Source: Hydrolagus affinis (lineage: Eukaryota). From it: 64,000 nt of DNA. The notes below the pieces were generated by a model. The model worked only from the letters and a program-made list of their open reading frames with translations, had not been told where the DNA came from and searched no databases. The position numbers were made by a program, and so were the translations under genes. Below are positions 60,342 to 64,000 of the stretch, one piece after another; positions within the stretch are counted from its first letter, which is position 1, and each line of letters starts with the position of its first letter. The stretch covers positions 1-64,000 of the forward strand of contig JAAILG010000768.1 in assembly GCA_012026655.1 (NCBI GenBank). Direction: 5' to 3'.

Positions 60342-62156
60342 ACAGGATTGGGCTGAGAAGGTAACACAACAGCAATTGCAGTTTTTTTTCTAAAAAAAGA
60401 CACCCTTCTTCATAACCGTCCTGACGCCGCGTTGCTCTGACCCCCACTTGCCTCTCATCCCATATACGATACCACAATGATACCCACACGTTTCTCACAA
60501 GTAACCGAGTCACATTGTATATAAGGAGCTCGTGGAACTTATTCACTTGTTTTTTTTTAATTTTCTTCACTTCAGCTTCCTGTCCCTCAAATGGTTATTT
60601 GACCAGTTTTTTTTTATTTAAAAATGTCAACAATCCTGGGTCACAACCCTGCACTGTGCTGGGTACGTTTGCCAAAACACGTCTCCTGTTTGACGTGGGG
60701 AAGTCGAGAAGCTGTTGAAGAGGAGAGCGATGGTGGCTGTAATGTTGAACCATCCGAAGTTCTCCTGCGGTGCCTCTCATGGTCCACGGATCCTGATAAA
60801 CTGACAGTAAATGTAACCATTTTTATTCTCTTTTTTTTAAATGAATGGTTAGGGCAGTTGCTTATATCAGATCCACAATATGAATTGAGATAAGTGTGTG
60901 TGAGTGTGTGTGAGGTCCGGAACAAGCGAGGGTGGTGGGGGGGGAAAGAACAGAGATGAGTGAGTGAAAGTCAAATCGAGAAAGGCTACGTCGGAAAGGG
61001 GTCAAAGGCAAACCCGAGTTTGAGGGAAGCGAGGGCCGGTTGTTGAATTGGTCTGGGTTTTGGAGCCGTGGGCCAATTTTGAGAAGGAACCAGCATTCAT
61101 TACAAAGCAATCTTATTGTTGTACAGCTCTTTACCAGATGGACTTTGATCCAGTCGCTGTCTGTTCACTGCATTGTGCAATCAATCCAGACACTCTCACT
61201 TGCTGTCCAAACCAGAAGACTAATTTTGCCACAAAACTCTTTTAAACTCCTTTCACAAATCGGACTATCCGTGTCGGGTTCCCAAACAGGTGATCAGACA
61301 GACGCCTGCTCATGTGCTGTGAACCGGACACACACACACACACCTACACCTAAATGACACGTTTCCTTCAACTCCAGGATTTGGATTTAAATGAGTTCTT
61401 CCTGCGACGTGAAAGGACCTTTCCTTGAAATGAATCCAGGCAGTCACAATCCAGCCGGCGATGCGATGCTTCCAAGCACTAAACTGTTCAAAACCAGCCA
61501 TTAATTTTCAGCAATTGACTTTATATTGTTTCAGATATTGCGATTAAGTCAATCAAGCTGAACAGTTCCACACTGACGAGGATTCCTGCATAATAATGGG
61601 AGGCAATGAACTGTGTGTATTTAATGCCATAAAACAGACCTGATATCTTAATCGCTACCCAATAATCACTGCCCAATAAGCACCATATCAAAGCCACGGC
61701 TACCGCAGATTAAATCATTTTCAGTGCATTAGTTTATTTGAGCTAAAAGAGAAGAAAATTCACTCCCCTTTTCGTCCCCCCCCCCCCCCCAGCGAGCAAA
61801 CGGATGGTCCTGATTTGCGCTGAGTTAGCCGATCTGAGCTGGAATACCAGTGGGAACGTTGCAATTAGTTTCAAGGTCTCCGAGGCTCTGAAAGGCAGTC
61901 AAGAGTTTTCACTCATGATTATTATCCAGCCACACACTCCCGACTCCCAGTTGAAAATGTTGGGGGTGCGACGGACACCATAAGTGGGGGCAGGGGTTGA
62001 TATCGTCTGTCAAAGAGTCTGCCAATATTCGCTGTTTAGGATCATACGTGAGGAATGGGCAGTGAGGAATAGCGAGGGATCCAACAGCTGCAGGCACATC
62101 TGGGATCTGACAACGGGTTTGGGAGAAGAAATGTTGGAGGGAGAAATGCAGCCAGA

Positions 62157-62196
62157 GTTTGTCCAATTCGAGGGTTGTTTGTCCAATTCGAGGGTT
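62157..62196 (+). repeat. Perfect 20-bp tandem duplication
   Basis: GTTTGTCCAATTCGAGGGTT x2. Confidence 0.95.
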
Positions 62197-62719
62197 CGGA
62201 TGAGAAACGGTTTACTGCCAATGGCTTCACTGTCTTGGTTTCTGGCTTCACTGGGAATGCGTTGTTTGGATTCCAGCCGCCGCTGTTCACTGACAGTCCA
62301 TCAGTAGCCACATAACATGCACATCTGGAGAGTGACACTTTGGGGGTCAAGCAGGTCTCTGGAGCCAGTTTATCGCTTGTGTTGGGGGAAGGTACGCCTT
62401 TCTGGGAGGCTTGGTTCAGATCGGATGTAACTCATACCAGATGTTTTTGGGTGGTGTACAAGTCATGTGGCGAGTGACTCAATGCAAAAAAAATCTGCGG
62501 AGCTTGTCATCCCAATTTCCATTGTAAACTTGGCTTTGTATGTTAACACTATTTGTGGGAATAAATCAGAATGGAAACAATCCATCTAAATACACATTGA
62601 CGCAAATGGATTCACTGTAGAATCAACCACTCAAGTTATTATTTACTGTAAAACACATAAATATCAGAACACATCATGCCATCCGTATGAATGATGCGTA
62701 TCCATTTGTAAAGCTCATC

Positions 62720-63140
62720 ACCAACAACAACAACTTGCAGTGTATTGTCATGTACTGTATTGCGCCATCCACGACGGCTGGTGTCTCGGAGAGCTTAACT
62801 GTCGCGGAGCCTGACTCCGAGCGAGGGGGTGTTGGTGGGAGAAGGCCGTAAGCACGGTCAAAAAGGAAAGCTTTCAGGATGGAATTGAAAAGGGGGAGAG
62901 AGGGGCAAGGCGGAGCAACTGAGGGAGAGTTTTCCAGAGTTTGGAGGTGTAGTGGCTGAAAGCACAACTTCCAATGGTGGGGTGGAGGATGCGGGGGACG
63001 AGCAAGAGGGAGTGAGGATGTTGGAGGGGTAGGGAGGTGCCAAGGAGTGAGTGGATTTAAATATGAGTGTGAGGATCTTCGAGTGTGAGGATCCTGAAGT
63101 CAATCAATCCGGTGACGGTGAGCCAGTGGAGCCTGGTTAG
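62720..63140 (-). mobile_element. L2 3' fragment
   Basis: (CAA)n CTTGCA tail; ORFs read KILTLIFKSTHSLAPPYPS and LKAFLFDRAYG; AGCCAGTGGAG (antisense LHWL). Confidence 0.85.
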
Positions 63141-64000
63141 AATTGGTGAGATGTGAGTATAACGACCACTCGTCATTCGTGAGTTTATTCAGCCACTTTC
63201 ACTTGTTAGGCTATTTATCGCAGGTGTAGGTGAAATACTTTCTACAAAATGCTCAATAAATAGCATATGTATACATAGCAAAACACATAACAACAGTTCT
63301 GAATATATTGTCACAAATTATTTACATTGAAGATATAGATTTGTTTAAGAATTAGAAGAGTATAAATTGTCTCCCAGAGTCACTATGAATCCTACATATT
63401 TTTGAGTGATTGCAGTAACTTGGCACAATCCTCAAAGACTGTAACATCAGCTGGGAATGGTATCACCTTGTTGATTCATTTCGGAAATAAATTCGACAGT
63501 CAGGTCAGTGTCATTTAAAGTGCCCACAGTTTAAATGAGGCCGTTCACATTGACCCGATCTCAGTGACTCAAAGATCACCACTTCATTCCATCTATGGTA
63601 TCTGTGAATAGTCACAGTGTAACTTTTGGAAATAGTGCCTTCATTGATAGGAAATATGCAAAATGTTCCAGCAGTCTAGGTGCAGAGAGCCGTGGGTGTG
63701 TCAGATGTTTGTTTCTCAGCAAGGGTTTTAAGGTCTCATGCATTTCTTTTACGCCAGCAACTTGCCTTGCCATTTTTGGACTACATTTGTTATCATTTTC
63801 AAAATCTAGGCAGGGCTAGTGCATGATAATGCATGATACTTCTGTACAACCCAATGCTAAGTAGGAAAATGGTGAACGCCTGTGAAAAAAACATGAGCAG
63901 ATATGTTCTTACCCCAGTCTGTCACTCATCATGAATTTACTGAAGTGTGATGTGAACTACAGAAGGGAAAAAATGCTGACTGATATTGTTGACTAAAGGC

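Overview
Vertebrate genomic DNA, not a microbial window. The repeat content (tRNA-headed Deu-domain SINEs with (ATT)n tails, L2 and CR1 LINEs, a Penelope-type hairpin) suggests a cartilaginous fish, possibly a chimaera; this is inference. One protein-coding gene is present: protocadherin-9 (PCDH9) on the minus strand. Its parts are a CCAAT/GC-box/CRE promoter (~57.3-57.7 kb), a probable 5'UTR intron, and a ~3.2-kb exon encoding a signal peptide, seven cadherin repeats, the transmembrane helix and the proximal tail. That exon either splices at 53245/53244 or reads through to a stop at 53179 (short isoform). The region below ~53.2 kb looks like part of a large downstream intron, with many often nested transposon relics: L2, CR1, several SINE families, Tigger/pogo-type and hAT MITEs. 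I found no convincing novel multi-gene system. The most unusual signals are: a zero-mismatch 70-bp palindrome with two nearby hairpins at ~42 kb; an abrupt GC3/CpG step inside the single PCDH9 exon; a hAT MITE family packed with TATCGATA sites around a (GC)-alternating minisatellite; two CTCF-like motifs with an identical core flanking the 5' part of the gene; and a Penelope-type foldback with a decayed hammerhead core. Repeat boundaries were set by eye and are approximate unless TIRs/TSDs are given.
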